Shown here: positions 1 to 11,602 of the stretch, one piece after another | How the letters are laid out: the number at the start of each line of letters is the position of its first letter | Position numbering within the stretch: the stretch's first letter is position 1 | Origin: Macrostomum lignano | Lineage: Eukaryota | Assembly: GCA_002269645.1 (NCBI GenBank) | Contig: NIVC01000037.1 | Location: forward strand, 310,001 to 374,000 | Reading direction: 5' to 3' | Length of the DNA stretch: 64,000 nucleotides | Notes under the pieces: generated by a model | Told to the model about the DNA's origin: nothing | Databases searched by the model: none | Seen by the model: the letters and a program-made list of their open reading frames with translations, nothing else | Made by a program: the position numbers and the translations under genes

Positions 1-916
1 GCTCTAATTTATAGGTCATAGATGCTCTGACTTGGGGCTCATATATGCTCTAATTTATAGGTCATAGATGCTCTGACTTGGGGCTCATATATGCTCTAAT
101 TTATAGGTCATAGATGCTCTGACTTGGGGCTCATATATGCTCTAATTTATGGGTCATAAATGCTCTGACTTGGGGCTCATATATGCTCTAATTTATGGGT
201 CATAAATGCTCTGACTTGGGGCTCATATATGCTCTAATTTATGGGTCATAAATGCTCTGACTTGGGGCTCATATATGCTCTAATTTATGGGTCATAAATG
301 CTCTGACTTGGGACTCATATATGCTCTAATTTATGGGTCATAAATGCTCTGACTTGGGGCTCATATATGCTCTAATTTATGGGTCATAAATGCTCTGACT
401 TGGGGCTCATATATGCTCTAATTTATGGGTCATAAATGCTCTGACTTGGGGCTCATATATGCTCTAATTTATGGGTCATAAATGCTCTGACTTGGGGCTC
501 ATATATGCTCTAATTTATGGGTCATAAATGCTCTGACTTGGGGCTCATATATGCTCTAATTTATGGGTCATAAATGCTCTGACTTGGGACTCATATATGC
601 TCTAATTTATGGGTCATAAATGCTCTGACTTGGGGCTCATATATGCTCTAATTTATGGGTCATAAATGCTCTGACTTGGGGCTCATATATGCTCTAATTT
701 ATGGGTCATAAATGCTCTGACTTGGGGCTCATATATGCTCTAATTTATGGGTCATAAATGCTCTGACTTGGGGCTCATATATGCTCTAATTTATGGGTCA
801 TAAATGCTCTGACTTGGGGCTCATATATGCTCTAATTTATGGGTCATAAATGCTCTGACTTGGGGCTCATATATGCTCTAATTTATGGGTCATAGATGCT
901 CTGACTTGGGGCTCAT
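1..916. repeat. Tandem repeat (minisatellite/satellite), 46-bp unit, about 20 copies, truncated by the window start
   Basis: Unit GCTCTAATTTATGGGTCATAAATGCTCTGACTTGGGGCTCATATAT is repeated head-to-tail with almost no variation and no spacers. Confidence 0.97.
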
Positions 917-1838
917 ACGGGGCTCTCGATTTTTCAGAAACATAAACCAAGAAAATATGGCGTTTGTACTCGTAAATGCATGATTTAGGCTACTGATGAA
1001 CAAAGCGACTTTAATTATCTGAGCTGTTCCATCTCTGAGCAATAATTGCCCCATTGGTTCCCCAGGGATTGCTAAAAATCATTCAGGAACTCAAGAAATC
1101 GCTGGCTGTTTTCAGCTAAGAGTAAGTTAAAACCGAATGCAGATTCAGTGTTTCCAAAGGGCTGAACTGCCTTTCCAACCAAGTCTTAATGGTCGTTGAT
1201 GGAACTGCCACGCAGCATCAAAGTGAATTGTTGACCAAAGCTGTTGAGAAGCCCTGCTCAGCAGCATCAAGCAATCTCTTTGACGGCAAGAGTCCCTCGG
1301 GGTCGGCCACTGGACAGTGGGCAAATTCTGCATAAAATGGCGAGTGGTTCGACCTCGCCCCCAGAGTTATTGCGTCAACTGCCACAACTCGACAGGACCT
1401 TCTCAATCTAACAGGTGAGAAGAACTGAGCTCTTGTGTCAATCAATTTACTAAGCCATGCAGCATTTTGTAGGCCATGAAACTCAATGGAAGCAGTCGCT
1501 TTTCACCAAACTCAAAACACTGTTATAATTAAATCGGCGCGTTGGTCTCATTCGCGATTCAAAAGCCGTTCTGTATATCAGCAGTCCGAAACCCGCTGCC
1601 GACACTATCGATGCCATCTGAGCCCCGGCTGCTGTCCGTTGGGACCTTGCCGGACTGGGTGGGGCGCTCAATGCTCTTGGAGTCTAGCAGGGGAGAGTTG
1701 CTGAACTGCTCAGGTGGCTCAAGAGCCGATAGCGCCTCAAACTGATGCAATTAATACTAGGGTGCCCCATGCTAGCCCCAAAAATGCCGCAGCTGCAGAC
1801 AAGGGCACTGAATTATTCACAATCACAAGCTGGTAGCT

Positions 1839-1845
1839 TATAAAG
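1839..1845 (+). promoter_or_regulatory. Candidate TATA box of the secreted-peptide gene
   Basis: TATAAAG lies about 215 bp upstream of the ATG at 2055. A possible 5'UTR intron ends at CCCTGCAG (2038). Confidence 0.35.
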
Positions 1846-2054
1846 TCCACAAGGAAAGCGAGTCGGAGAGGCACCGACCGACCGCTCGCAACCAACCGAT
1901 CGACAGAGAAGCCATAGCCAGCCATACCTCAGCTAGTCCATTGTTCGACAAAATTAATCGGGGAAAAAGGTAGAACAAAACCCATCGGCCGAATCTTTTT
2001 ATCGACAATCTTGCATAATAATCACCCAACCCTGCAGGATCCAAGCTTGAAGCC

Positions 2055-2412
2055 ATGCAGCCAGTCAGCGCTATCGCCATCTGCACCTTGTGCTTCCTGG
2101 TGGCCGCCACCTCCGCGGGGCTCGGGGCCGCCCAGGCCGAGGCCGGCAGCAGCGACTGCCGCCTGTCGCCAAGGGAGCTGAGCCGCACCGTGACGTCGCT
2201 CTACCGCAACTTCCTTATCTACCTGGAGGCGCAGGGCGAGACGGCCCTGGAGCTCGGTGGCCCGGTGAAACGCGGCCCAGCCAAGCGCAAAGACAAATAC
2301 GTGTGGAGGTGAGCCAGCCGCGTTGATGAATGCACCAATTTTAAGACAATCCTGAGCACAACTGCTCAAAGCAAACCAACTGCCTACTTTCCTACATAAC
2401 TTCAGGCTTTGA
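2055..2412 (+). CDS. Putative secreted peptide (neuropeptide-like) precursor; exons 2055-2308 and 2406-2412 (or unspliced 2055-2312)
   Basis: GC-rich ORF with a hydrophobic signal peptide (MQPVSAIAICTLCFLVAATSA) and two dibasic sites (VKR-GPA-KR-KDKYVWR). Donor AG|GTGAGC at 2308/2309 and acceptor TTCAG| at 2405 give a C-terminus of ...YVWRL*. AATAAA at 2521. Confidence 0.65.
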
Positions 2413-5379
2413 AACTCCGAGCAGCACACAAGGGAAGCAAGGAACCTCGGACCGGCAGCGAAGTCACTGATATCTATATCTGTGCCGCTTTGACTGACTG
2501 ACAGGACATTTTGCTTTGATAATAAAACAGTTTTCAGGACAAAATATAAAAGCAAATCGCAACAAAGCTGCCCCTTAAAAGCCGATAATTATTGACATTA
2601 AAAGTTGAGAAAAAAAGGTTCGCTCTGAGCCAAACACAATAAGCTGGTAGTAGTTGAAGGCCGGCCCTGTAAATATATTGGTTTTAACGTAACACTTACA
2701 GTACAGTTACAGTAATATTAATAATAGTAGCAACGATATAATGATTATGAAATTTAAAAAAAAAATTTTAAACAGAAAAGTCGATTAGACGCAAAAGTGG
2801 CAAAACTGAACACAGCAAATAAAGGAGGCTTGGAGAAGAGTGGGGGGGTCGCAAAAAACTGGAAGTAGAGAAGCAAATACACAGAAAAAATGTTACACAG
2901 CAAAAAAGGTACCAAAAAGGTCGAATAAAGGTACAAATACAAACAAGCATATTTATGTATATATAGTCTGTCAGAGGCGACAATAATACGACACCTGGGG
3001 GAAACAGGTTGCTAGAAAATTGTTTAACAAACGGAAAGCCACTAAGGAGAGGAGAAAAAACACAATGTGATAGCTAGATTCAGTTAATGGCTAGGATTTC
3101 TGTGTCGATGTAAACTCGGGCCAATTCAATTAATCATTTAATAGTTAAAGCAATAAAAAAACACAGAGAACGCAAAAAGCAAGGATTGCAAGAGAGACTT
3201 AATTTTTATAGATCAAGTTTCAAATACAAGCAAAACTAAATCCAGCGTATGGTCATAGGCGACAGAGATTTCAAATAGACCGGAATGAACTGAAGCCCTC
3301 AGCTCTTTGATATATAGTGTAATAATTAATAAATAATTAACAACAAAAAATAACGCTTCAAATTGCACATTTCTTATCCCGCAAAGCAGACACTAACAGA
3401 ACTGGTTGGCGGAGCCTTTGTAAAAATGAAGACAAATATGAACGGCTTAGCACAGGACTTGTTAGTATTTAGAACATTAATGCAAAAAACTGCACAACTG
3501 AATAGATATGTAGACGTGTGTGTGTGTGTGTGTGTTCATGTGTGTAAACAAATATAATAAATTAATAATAATACATAAAAACAGCTGTACCTACCTACTA
3601 GTGCAAGTAGGAAATGGAGTTTATTGCCGTTATCCTCTAACTATCTATATCCACTGCGAGAGGCAGGAGAGGAGGGGCAGATTGGCGGTTTAGCGGGCTC
3701 CGTACTTTATAAAAGCAGCAACAAAAAGTGTATCAGAGCAAAAAAACACAAGAATAGAAAGCGCGACTGTGTGAACTTATCTTTCTTCAAGTAGGTTTAC
3801 TCACTCAGCGAGTAGATAAACTGAAGGAGGGTACAGTGCTATTGCCTTTGTCCGCTGAGTCAATAATATAATATTCGCAGGAGGGCTGACGGGTGTACAC
3901 AGCGGCCCTAACTTTTATTTCTACACAGATTTTTAATAGAATTATCAACTTGACTATCAGCTGGAGGCAGGCAAATTTCCAGTTTCACGTCAAATGACAA
4001 CAACCGTATTTGCGTACTCAAAGTAGTATATGGATAAGGTAGTATGGATAAAAAATGATTTAGCGGACAAACATAAATTACTATATAATAAAAAGCAAAA
4101 AAACTAGAGACAGAAAGAGGACAAAAAGTAAGAACAAGGCAAGCTAAGAGAGCAATAAGGTCACAATTGCAGATCATGGATTGTTAATATAAGAATATAA
4201 ACAGGTATAGAATATAGAGATATATAGATATAACTTCAGTATAAAAACAATACCAATTATTTTTGTTTGAAACTTTTGTGATAGAAAATACTTGACCTCG
4301 CGCAGTATACACTACTAACGGCAATGCTAATAAGTGAGTAAATGTTTTTTATTTAAATTTTTTTCAATAGAACAGTTTTTAAGTTTGAACAAGATCAACC
4401 AGATTGACTTCGGTGACATGCAAAGAGTGTTGGGTGGCATCGGGGGTACAAGTGCATGTATAGCATATATATAGTTAATGTAAACTATTTGGAGCGGAAT
4501 TAAAGTGCTTGCTAGCTCAAATATCTGTATATATCTTTACTAATATAAGCTAATAATTAGATGAGGAATGTTTATTCTGCAACGGCAATTTAAGGAGGGT
4601 GGGGGCAATTGAAACCCAGACAAAAAAGCAGGCTTGACAGCAATGAAAAAAGAGACTTCCGTATTGAGATTAAAGTGAGCTTATAAAAAAGTTAAAAAAT
4701 TCAAAGTTTTACGGTTTTTTGTTTGTGATTTTTTCTTTTAAATAGAAAGCGGCTTATAATATATACGTAAGTTTAAAATATGAAAGCAAAAAATGAAGCA
4801 AAAACTTGAGAATATTTTGTTACACAAATAGACAGTGGAAGCATTTGCAGTCTCATGGACATTACACGGTGCATTTACACATCAATGATATTTGCTTCTC
4901 GGAACTTGAAGCAAAAACATTAGGTTATGACAAAATGGCAACAAACTGGTCGCTTAACAAATACTACTGCAGCGGCTACTACTATCAGTAATAATAATAA
5001 TAATGAAAAGTATAAGTTCAAAGAGAAGAACAAAAAATTAAAATTAAAATTGCCCAAAGGGGAGGAAAAAGTATTGAGTAAATCATCAATGTTGACACAG
5101 AAGAGCACCCTTGTTTTAGAAGCAAGTGGGGGGGGGGGTAGGAGGTCGTATTGTCAGTGACAGCGGGAAAATTACCGCGGATCAAGTTATGTTAATCCTT
5201 ACAATCCGTTTCATCCAGCGAAAGTCAGGCCTTGTAATGCTCAGTCTGAAAACGGACAGATAGTGAGTTGCTAGGGGAAAGGAGAGGTTATTAATTGAGA
5301 TAAAAATTAAGAATGCCATTCTCAAGACATACACAAAGTGCCACAACTTTAAGAGGGTAAGAGACGACAACTTGAGAAA

Positions 5380-5639
5380 GGGGAGCCGTAGCCTAGTGGT
5401 CTAGCTCGGCGTTCCGATGGGCCAGCGACCCAGGCTCGATTCCAAGTGCAATTAACGCTTTTGAGGGCCAACCCCCAAAGCACAGTGAAGTGTACATGCC
5501 TAACGATAAACAAAGTTAGGGCCGCTGTACACTCCTGTGCCTGCCCAGGGGAGTCGGCAAAATAGTAGCAATGCCTCTCGCCGGTTGTGTGACTTAATGT
5601 CGCTTAAAGTGCAGTGCGCCTAGCCTTTAACTAAAAAAA
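5380..5639 (+). mobile_element. tRNA-derived SINE-like element
   Basis: Pol III A box TAGCCTAGTGG (5389-5399) and B-box-like GGCTCGATTCC (5433-5443) at tRNA spacing, followed by a non-tRNA body and an A-rich tail (TAAAAAAA ~5632). No clean acceptor stem, so not a tRNA gene. Confidence 0.55.
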
Positions 5640-6250
5640 CTCCAACTATGAGACAAGGGGTGCCAACTTTGAGACAAGGAGCGCCAAACTTTGAGACAAG
5701 GGGCGCCGACTTTGAGACAAGGGGCGCCAACTATGAGACAAGGGGCGCCAACTTTGAGACAAGGGGCGCCAACTTTGAGACAAGGGGCGCCAACTATGAG
5801 ACAAGGGGCGCCAACTTTGAGACAAGGGGCGCCAACTTTGAGACAGGGGGCGCCGACTTTGAGACAAGGGGCGCCGAAATTTAAGACAAGAGGCGCCACG
5901 CCCACTTGGAGACAAGGGGCGCCAACTTTGAGACAAGGGGCGCCAACTTTGAGACAGGGGGCGCCAAATATGAGACAAGGGGCGCCAACTATGAGACAAG
6001 GGGCGCCAACTATGAGACAAGGGGCGCCAACTTTGAGACAAGAGGTGCCAACTTTGAGACAGGGGGCGCCGACTTTGAGACAAGGGGCGCCGAAATTTAA
6101 GACAAGAGGCGCCACGCCCACTTGGAGACAAGGGGCGCCAACTATGAGACAAGAGGTGCCAACTTTGAGACAAGGGGCGCCAACTTTAAGACAGGGGGCG
6201 CCAACTTTGAGACAAGGGGTGCCAACTTTGAGACAGGGATCACCAAACTG
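5640..6250. repeat. Minisatellite, 21-bp unit (GAGACAAGGGGCGCCAACTTT), in the predicted 3'UTR intron of brat
   Basis: Direct tandem copies. It accounts for the repetitive ORFs 5627-6286, 5646-6173 and 5691-6251. Confidence 0.95.
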
Positions 6251-6308
6251 AAATCTAAGAAAGAAAAAGCCCCTTAACAAGAGCAATAGAACAAGGCTTA
6301 CCCAGGTC

Positions 6309-9300
6309 TCAACTAATATAGAGAGTATTGAGCACCAGCACGTGGTGATTATTCTTGGCCAGGGTCACCACATAGCCCTCGCTAGTGATCTTCAGGCCGC
6401 AGCAGCGGGACACTTTCACAGCCGGGCACTCGAACTCGGAGGTGAGCTGTCCGGCCGAGTTAAACACGGCCACGTGGAACTTGTTGCCATGGGAATCGCC
6501 GACTAGCACGTCGCCGTGGTCGCTAATGTCGATGCCGTTAGGAAAATTAGTGATAACCTCTGAACCGATGCGTCTAAGGAAGACGCCGTCGTCTTGAAAG
6601 ACGCAGACGCAGTGGCCTTTGAAATCGCAGATGAAGTACTCGCGGCCCTGGATGGCAATGTCGGACGGCTCGCGCATATAGCTGGAGCAGTCGAACCATT
6701 TCACCAGGTCGCCAGTGTCGGCGATGACAAACACTGTTGGCGACACGGAGTCCACAGCCACGATGTGCTGCTGACTGTTGATGGCCAGTCCGGCCACGAT
6801 GTCGATGTATCGGACGGTGATCTTGCGCAGGAATTGGCCGGTCTTGCTGAACAGCTGCATCCGGCTGCGCTCGCTGCCGCGGTCGCAGACAACGAATCTG
6901 GAGGACTGGCGCATCACAGCCACTTTGCGCGGATACCACAGCTGGCCCTCCTCGCGGCCGGCGATGCCGAACTGGGACTTGTGCTCGCCGGACTTGTCGA
7001 ATATCTGCAGTAGTTTAGGGATTCCGGATCGGCACTCAGGGATATGTTAGTTGCTAGGGGGATTTTTTGGATGGTTAGTTGCTTGGGGCGATTGTTGGGG
7101 TGCGTTTTAGTTGCTAGGGCGATTGTTGGGGTGGATTTTAGTTGCTAGGGCGATTGTTGGGGTGGATTTTAGTTGCTAGGGCGATTGTTGGGGTGTACTA
7201 GTTGTTAGGGCGATTGATGGGATGTATTAGTTGCTACGGAACTTTCCTAAAGGATCAGCTTGCTAGGGCGGTTGTTTGCGGTGCACTTGTTGGCGGAAAG
7301 ATATTTTGAGTCGATTAGTTGCTGCAGGGCTGCCTGCAGTATTTAGTTGCTATGATGATTTTAGGATTGGATTAGTAATCATAACTAACGCAGCCCCACC
7401 TGAATGCGATGATTTTGAGTGTCGGCCACAACAATGTCCTCCTCAGGGCCGAGGCAGAAGCCGTGCGGCGAGTTGAACTGGCCAATTGCGGAGCCCAGCG
7501 AGCCCCATCGATGCCGCACAGTCATGGGAATGCACCGGCCAGTCCGGAAGGCCCCGGCAGCCGAGGCCACCGACGACTTCGGATTCTGCTGAGTAGGCGA
7601 CGCGGAGCCCGGCGCCCCGCCGCCAACAATACTGCCAGCGCCGCTACTGCCAGCGCCACCACCGGCGCCGACGCCGACAAGAGAAGCAAAGTCGAACTGT
7701 TGCTGCATGACATCTAGCTGAAGCTTGCCAACTCCGCCCAGTACGGAGCTGAGCAGCGGCTCGGAGCCAATGCTGACACCGCTGTCGGAGCCAGGCGCGC
7801 CCGGGCTGGGCTGGGAGGGCAGGCCGAACAGGGCCGGGTTGTTGCCGGTGGCGTACGTCACTGGCGGACCGGCCGGTGCCGGCTCCGGCTTGATGGCGAA
7901 GGCGGACGCCTGCGGTGCAAACAGAAAGGGATCGATTGGAGCTGGCTGACACACGCCAAAACAGCATCTCTGTGAACTTCCTAATCTAGATGTCCACTGT
8001 GCTGCGGATAGTATCCGGGTATTTTAGACACGGTGGCATTCTGGGTATTTTTGACACGGTAGCATTCTGGGTATTTTTGACACGGTGGCATTCTGGGTAT
8101 TTTAGACACGGTAGCATTCTGGGTATTTTTGACACGGTAGCATTGGGGTATTTCAAACACGGTAGCATTGGGGGTATTTCAGACACGGTAGCATTGGGAG
8201 TATTTCAGACACGGTAGCATTGGTATTTCAGACACGGTAGCATTGGGGTATTTTTGACACGGTAGCATTGGGGTATTTCAGACACGGTAGCATTGGGGTA
8301 TTTCAGACACGGTAGCATTGGGGTATTTCAGACACGGTAGCATTGGGGTATTTCAGACACGGTAGCATTGGGGGTATTTCAGACACGGTAGCATTGGGGG
8401 TATTTCAGACACGGTAGCATTGGGGTATTTCAGACACGGTAGCATTCTGGGTATTTTTGACACGGTGGCATTCTGGGTATTTTAGACACGGTAGCATTGG
8501 GGGTATTTCAGACACGGTAGCATTGGGGGTATTTCAGACACGGTAGCATTTGGGGTATTTTAGACACGGTAGCATTGGGGGTATTTCAGACACGGTAGCA
8601 TTGGGGTATTTCAGACACGGTAGCATTGGAGGTATTTCAGACACGGTAGCATTGGGGGTATTTCAGACACGGTAGCATTTGGGGTATTTTAGACACGGTA
8701 GCATTGGGGGTATTTCAGACACGGTAGCATTGGGGTATTTCAGACACGGTAGCATTGGGGTATTTCAGACACGGTAGCATTGGGGGTATTTCAGACACGG
8801 TAGCATTGGGGTATTTCAGACACGGTAGCATTGGGGTATTTCAGACACGGTAGCATTGGGGTATTTCAGACACGGTAGCATTGGGGGTATTTCAGACACG
8901 GTAGCATTGGGGGTATTTCAGACACGGTAGCATTGGGGTATTTCAGACACGGTAGCATTGGGGGTATTTCAGACACGGTAGCATTGGGGTATTTCAGACA
9001 CGGTAGCATTGGGGTATTTTAGACACGGTAGCATTGGGGGTATTTTAGACACGGTAGCATTGGGGTATTTCAGACACGGTAGCATTGGGGTATTTTAGAC
9101 ACGGTAGCATTGGGGGTATTTCAGACACGGTAGCATTGGGGGTATTTCAGACACGGTAGCATTGGGGGTATTTCAGACACGGTAGCATTGGGGTATTTCA
9201 GACACGGTAGCATTGGGGTATTTCAGACACGGTAGCATTGGGGGTATTTCAGACACGGTACTTCAGTTTTCCACACCTGCTGCAAATCGCCAGAAGCGGC

Positions 9301-11600
9301 TTCGCCAAGCGCGGCGGCAACAGCGGCCGCATTGACCGGCATGCCGGATGCGGCGGCGGCGGCAGCAGCGGCGGCGGCGGCAGACACCGCGGCATTGGCT
9401 GGTACAGCAGTCGTAGTGGGCGTCGGCGGGCCGCCGGGCGTTACAAAGCGACCAAAATTCGATAGCACGAGACTGCGAAACTCGGCGTGATTGGCTTTGA
9501 ACGGCACCGAGGCCGGCAGGTCGGTGTCCCAGTGGCTGCGCATGAGTGTGGCCGCCCAGTCCCTGAGCACCTTGGCTGCGTAGGCGGCGCAAACAGGGCC
9601 GGCGCGATCGCTGTAAGCTCGGACGAAAGCGGCCGCCTCGGACATCTGGTCGGCGCCCTTGGCAACGGCGTCTAGCTGTTCCATGACTCGCATCTCCAGA
9701 TCGCTGTGCAGTTTGCGATTTTCTTCTAACATACGATTTCCAGCCTCTTCGATGAAGGCCTTGTAGGAGGCCAGGGCCTCGCGAATGGCGCCCTCGTTGT
9801 GCTGTCGGCTGTCCTCGATCTCGGTGAGGCGCTCCTGCGAGCGGGGAGAGATAAGTTACTTGGGATTTACTAATCCGATCCAATTAACAGTACGAAACAT
9901 GGAAATTTGCACCTGGGAAGGGGGTAGTCATATGAGGATCTGGATGACAAAGTAACTTCAGGATCTGGGAGTCGGGAGGAGATATTAGATTAACTTAAGA
10001 ATATAAAGATGGCGGATTAACCTGAGGATCTGGGACTGGGAGATGGCGGATTAACCTGAGGATCTGGGACTGGGAGATGGCGGATTAACCTGAGGATCTG
10101 GGACTGGGAGATGGCAGATTATAATAATGATTTGTAGTGAGGTAGGCAGCCGGTTAACCGTGAGAACATGAGAAACAGGTTTTATAATTCAGATACTGTA
10201 TTTAAGTGGTTGGCAACTAGCTCACCTGCATTTTGACGTGCTCAATTTGCCATTTACGCTGGCAATCGCGCAGCTTCTTAGCGTCGTCGGCCAGAGCGGC
10301 AACGAGCCGTCGGCCGGCTGACAGGGCCGGTTCCACCCGGTGCAGCTTGTGGCCGGTAGCCACGCATTCGGCGCAGTGCAGGCCGGCACAGTCGTGACAG
10401 TAGTAGCGAGTCCGTTCGGCCGGATGCTCGGCGCAGCTCAGCTGGGCGCCAACCTGGTCGGCGTCGTCATCATCGTCGGCAGCTCCTTGGTCGTCGTTGT
10501 CACCGTTGCTGGCCTCGGCGTTGCCGTTGCTGCCGCCTGCGGAGGCGAGGTCGCGGACCCGGTGCCTGCTGAACATCTTCATGACGGAGTGCGCCTGCCG
10601 GCAGGCCTGACACAAGTAGTCGGCGCATTCGCGGCATCTGGCAACCGCTTCGGCTCCGGTTGTGCAGCCGCCGCAGCGAGGCTGCTCCGCCTTTGGCGCG
10701 GCTTCCTGTGGTTTTAGGTCCAAAGGGGTGTTTCTTCGAGGGGATATATGGGATCTGGGAGGATATGGGGATGTCGAGGGGATATAGGGGATCCGGGAGG
10801 ATATGGGGATGTCGAGGGGATACAGGGGATCCGGGAAGATATGGGGGATGTCGAGGGGATACAGGGGATCCGGGAAGATATGGGGGATGTCGAGGGGATA
10901 CAGGGGATCCGGGAGGATATGGGAGATGTCGAGGGGATACAGGGGATCCGGGAAGATATGGGGGATGTCGAGGGGATACAGGGGATCCGGGAAGATATGG
11001 GGGATGTCGAGGGGATACAGGGGATCCGGGAGGATATGGGAGATGTCGAGGGGATACAGGGGATCCGGGAGAATATGGGGGGAGGGGTTTGAGCGAATCT
11101 GGGACGATGTGAGCATTTCTTATGGCCAAACTCACCCGCATGTACAGATGGTCGCGAGTCAGGCCAGCCAATCCCAGATTGGCATCCAACACAGTGGGGG
11201 TGTGGCATTTCGGACAGAAAAGTACAAGATCGGCCAGCCCAGTGCGGCTGGCCTGCAGGCAGGGCAGATCAAAGCGGTGCAGGCAGGCCAGGAACACCGG
11301 CTCGGTGAGAGGCCGCTGGCACAGGCTGCAGTCGCCAGCCAGAGAGGCGGCCTTGGCTACCGCAGCCTCTTGCTGGCTAACCGCATCGTCTCCATCAAGA
11401 CAGCAATTGCCGAATGTCTCCAGCAGGCCGGCGGCCTCAGCTGCGTCATCCTCTTCGTCAGATTTATTGTTGCCATTGCCGATATTGAAGTGGCGGCCAG
11501 TCAGCTGATTGTATTCCTCATTGTTACCGAGCAGCAGCTGGGAGCCCGGGCTGCTCTGCTCCAAGATGTCATCGTAGGCGTGGGTCATCTCGTCCGACAT
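6309..11600 (-). CDS. brat: Brain tumor (Brat)/NCL-1-type TRIM-NHL protein, about 902 aa; coding exons 11600-11136, 10705-10226, 9834-9277, 7909-7400, 7004-6309
   Basis: All four introns are GT-AG and phase 0 (exon lengths 465, 480, 558, 510, 696). Domains in order: RING-like CSLC..CLH..D..C..CPKC, B-box [17 protein letters not shown], second B-box CAEH..YYCHDC..HCAEC, coiled coil, and NHL repeats. The NHL region has Brat-type strings [61 protein letters not shown] and HVLVLNTLY. Confidence 0.93.
7040..7275. repeat. Degenerate minisatellite, ~30-bp unit (TTAGTTGCTAGGGCGATTGTTGGGGTGGATT), brat intron
   Basis: Several imperfect tandem copies between coding exons 4 and 5. Confidence 0.8.
7990..9260. 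repeat. Minisatellite, 25-26-bp unit (GACACGGTAGCATTGGGGTATTTCA), brat intron
   Basis: About 50 tandem copies fill nearly the whole intron between coding exons 3 and 4. Confidence 0.97.
10008..10115. repeat. Short tandem repeat, 34-bp unit x3, brat intron
   Basis: GATGGCGGATTAACCTGAGGATCTGGGACTGGGA occurs three times. Confidence 0.85.
10740..11080. repeat. Minisatellite, 39-bp unit, brat intron
   Basis: About 8-9 copies of GGGATACAGGGGATCCGGGAAGATATGGGGGATGTCGAG. This is the source of the repetitive ORFs at 10217-11208. Confidence 0.95.
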
Positions 11601-11602
11601 GC

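Noticed and set aside
1-916. Regular arrays (46-bp here, also 25-bp and 24-bp arrays) as CRISPR
   Set aside because: Units are directly head-to-tail with no unique spacers, there are no cas genes, and the DNA is eukaryotic.
1000-1750. Short ORFs upstream of the peptide gene as coding exons
   Set aside because: No recognisable motifs or consistent splice structure.
5380-5455. tRNA gene
   Set aside because: A and B boxes are present, but there is no proper acceptor-stem pairing and it continues into a body and A-tail. It is better explained as a SINE head.
5627-6286. Long repetitive ORFs (GAPCLKV.., MRQGAPT..) and similar ORFs at 10217-11208, 15031-16191, 47991-48868, 51864-52265, 52577-53518, 56907-57191, 58979-59635, 63204-63991 as proteins
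   Set aside because: They are translation products of stop-free minisatellite units in introns, UTRs or MITEs, open in several frames and on both strands.
10500-11600. The 366-aa ORF as a complete single-exon protein
   Set aside because: It reads through a strong donor (CGG|GTGAGT, 11135) into an intronic 39-bp repeat. The spliced model joins the RING to the B-boxes in frame.
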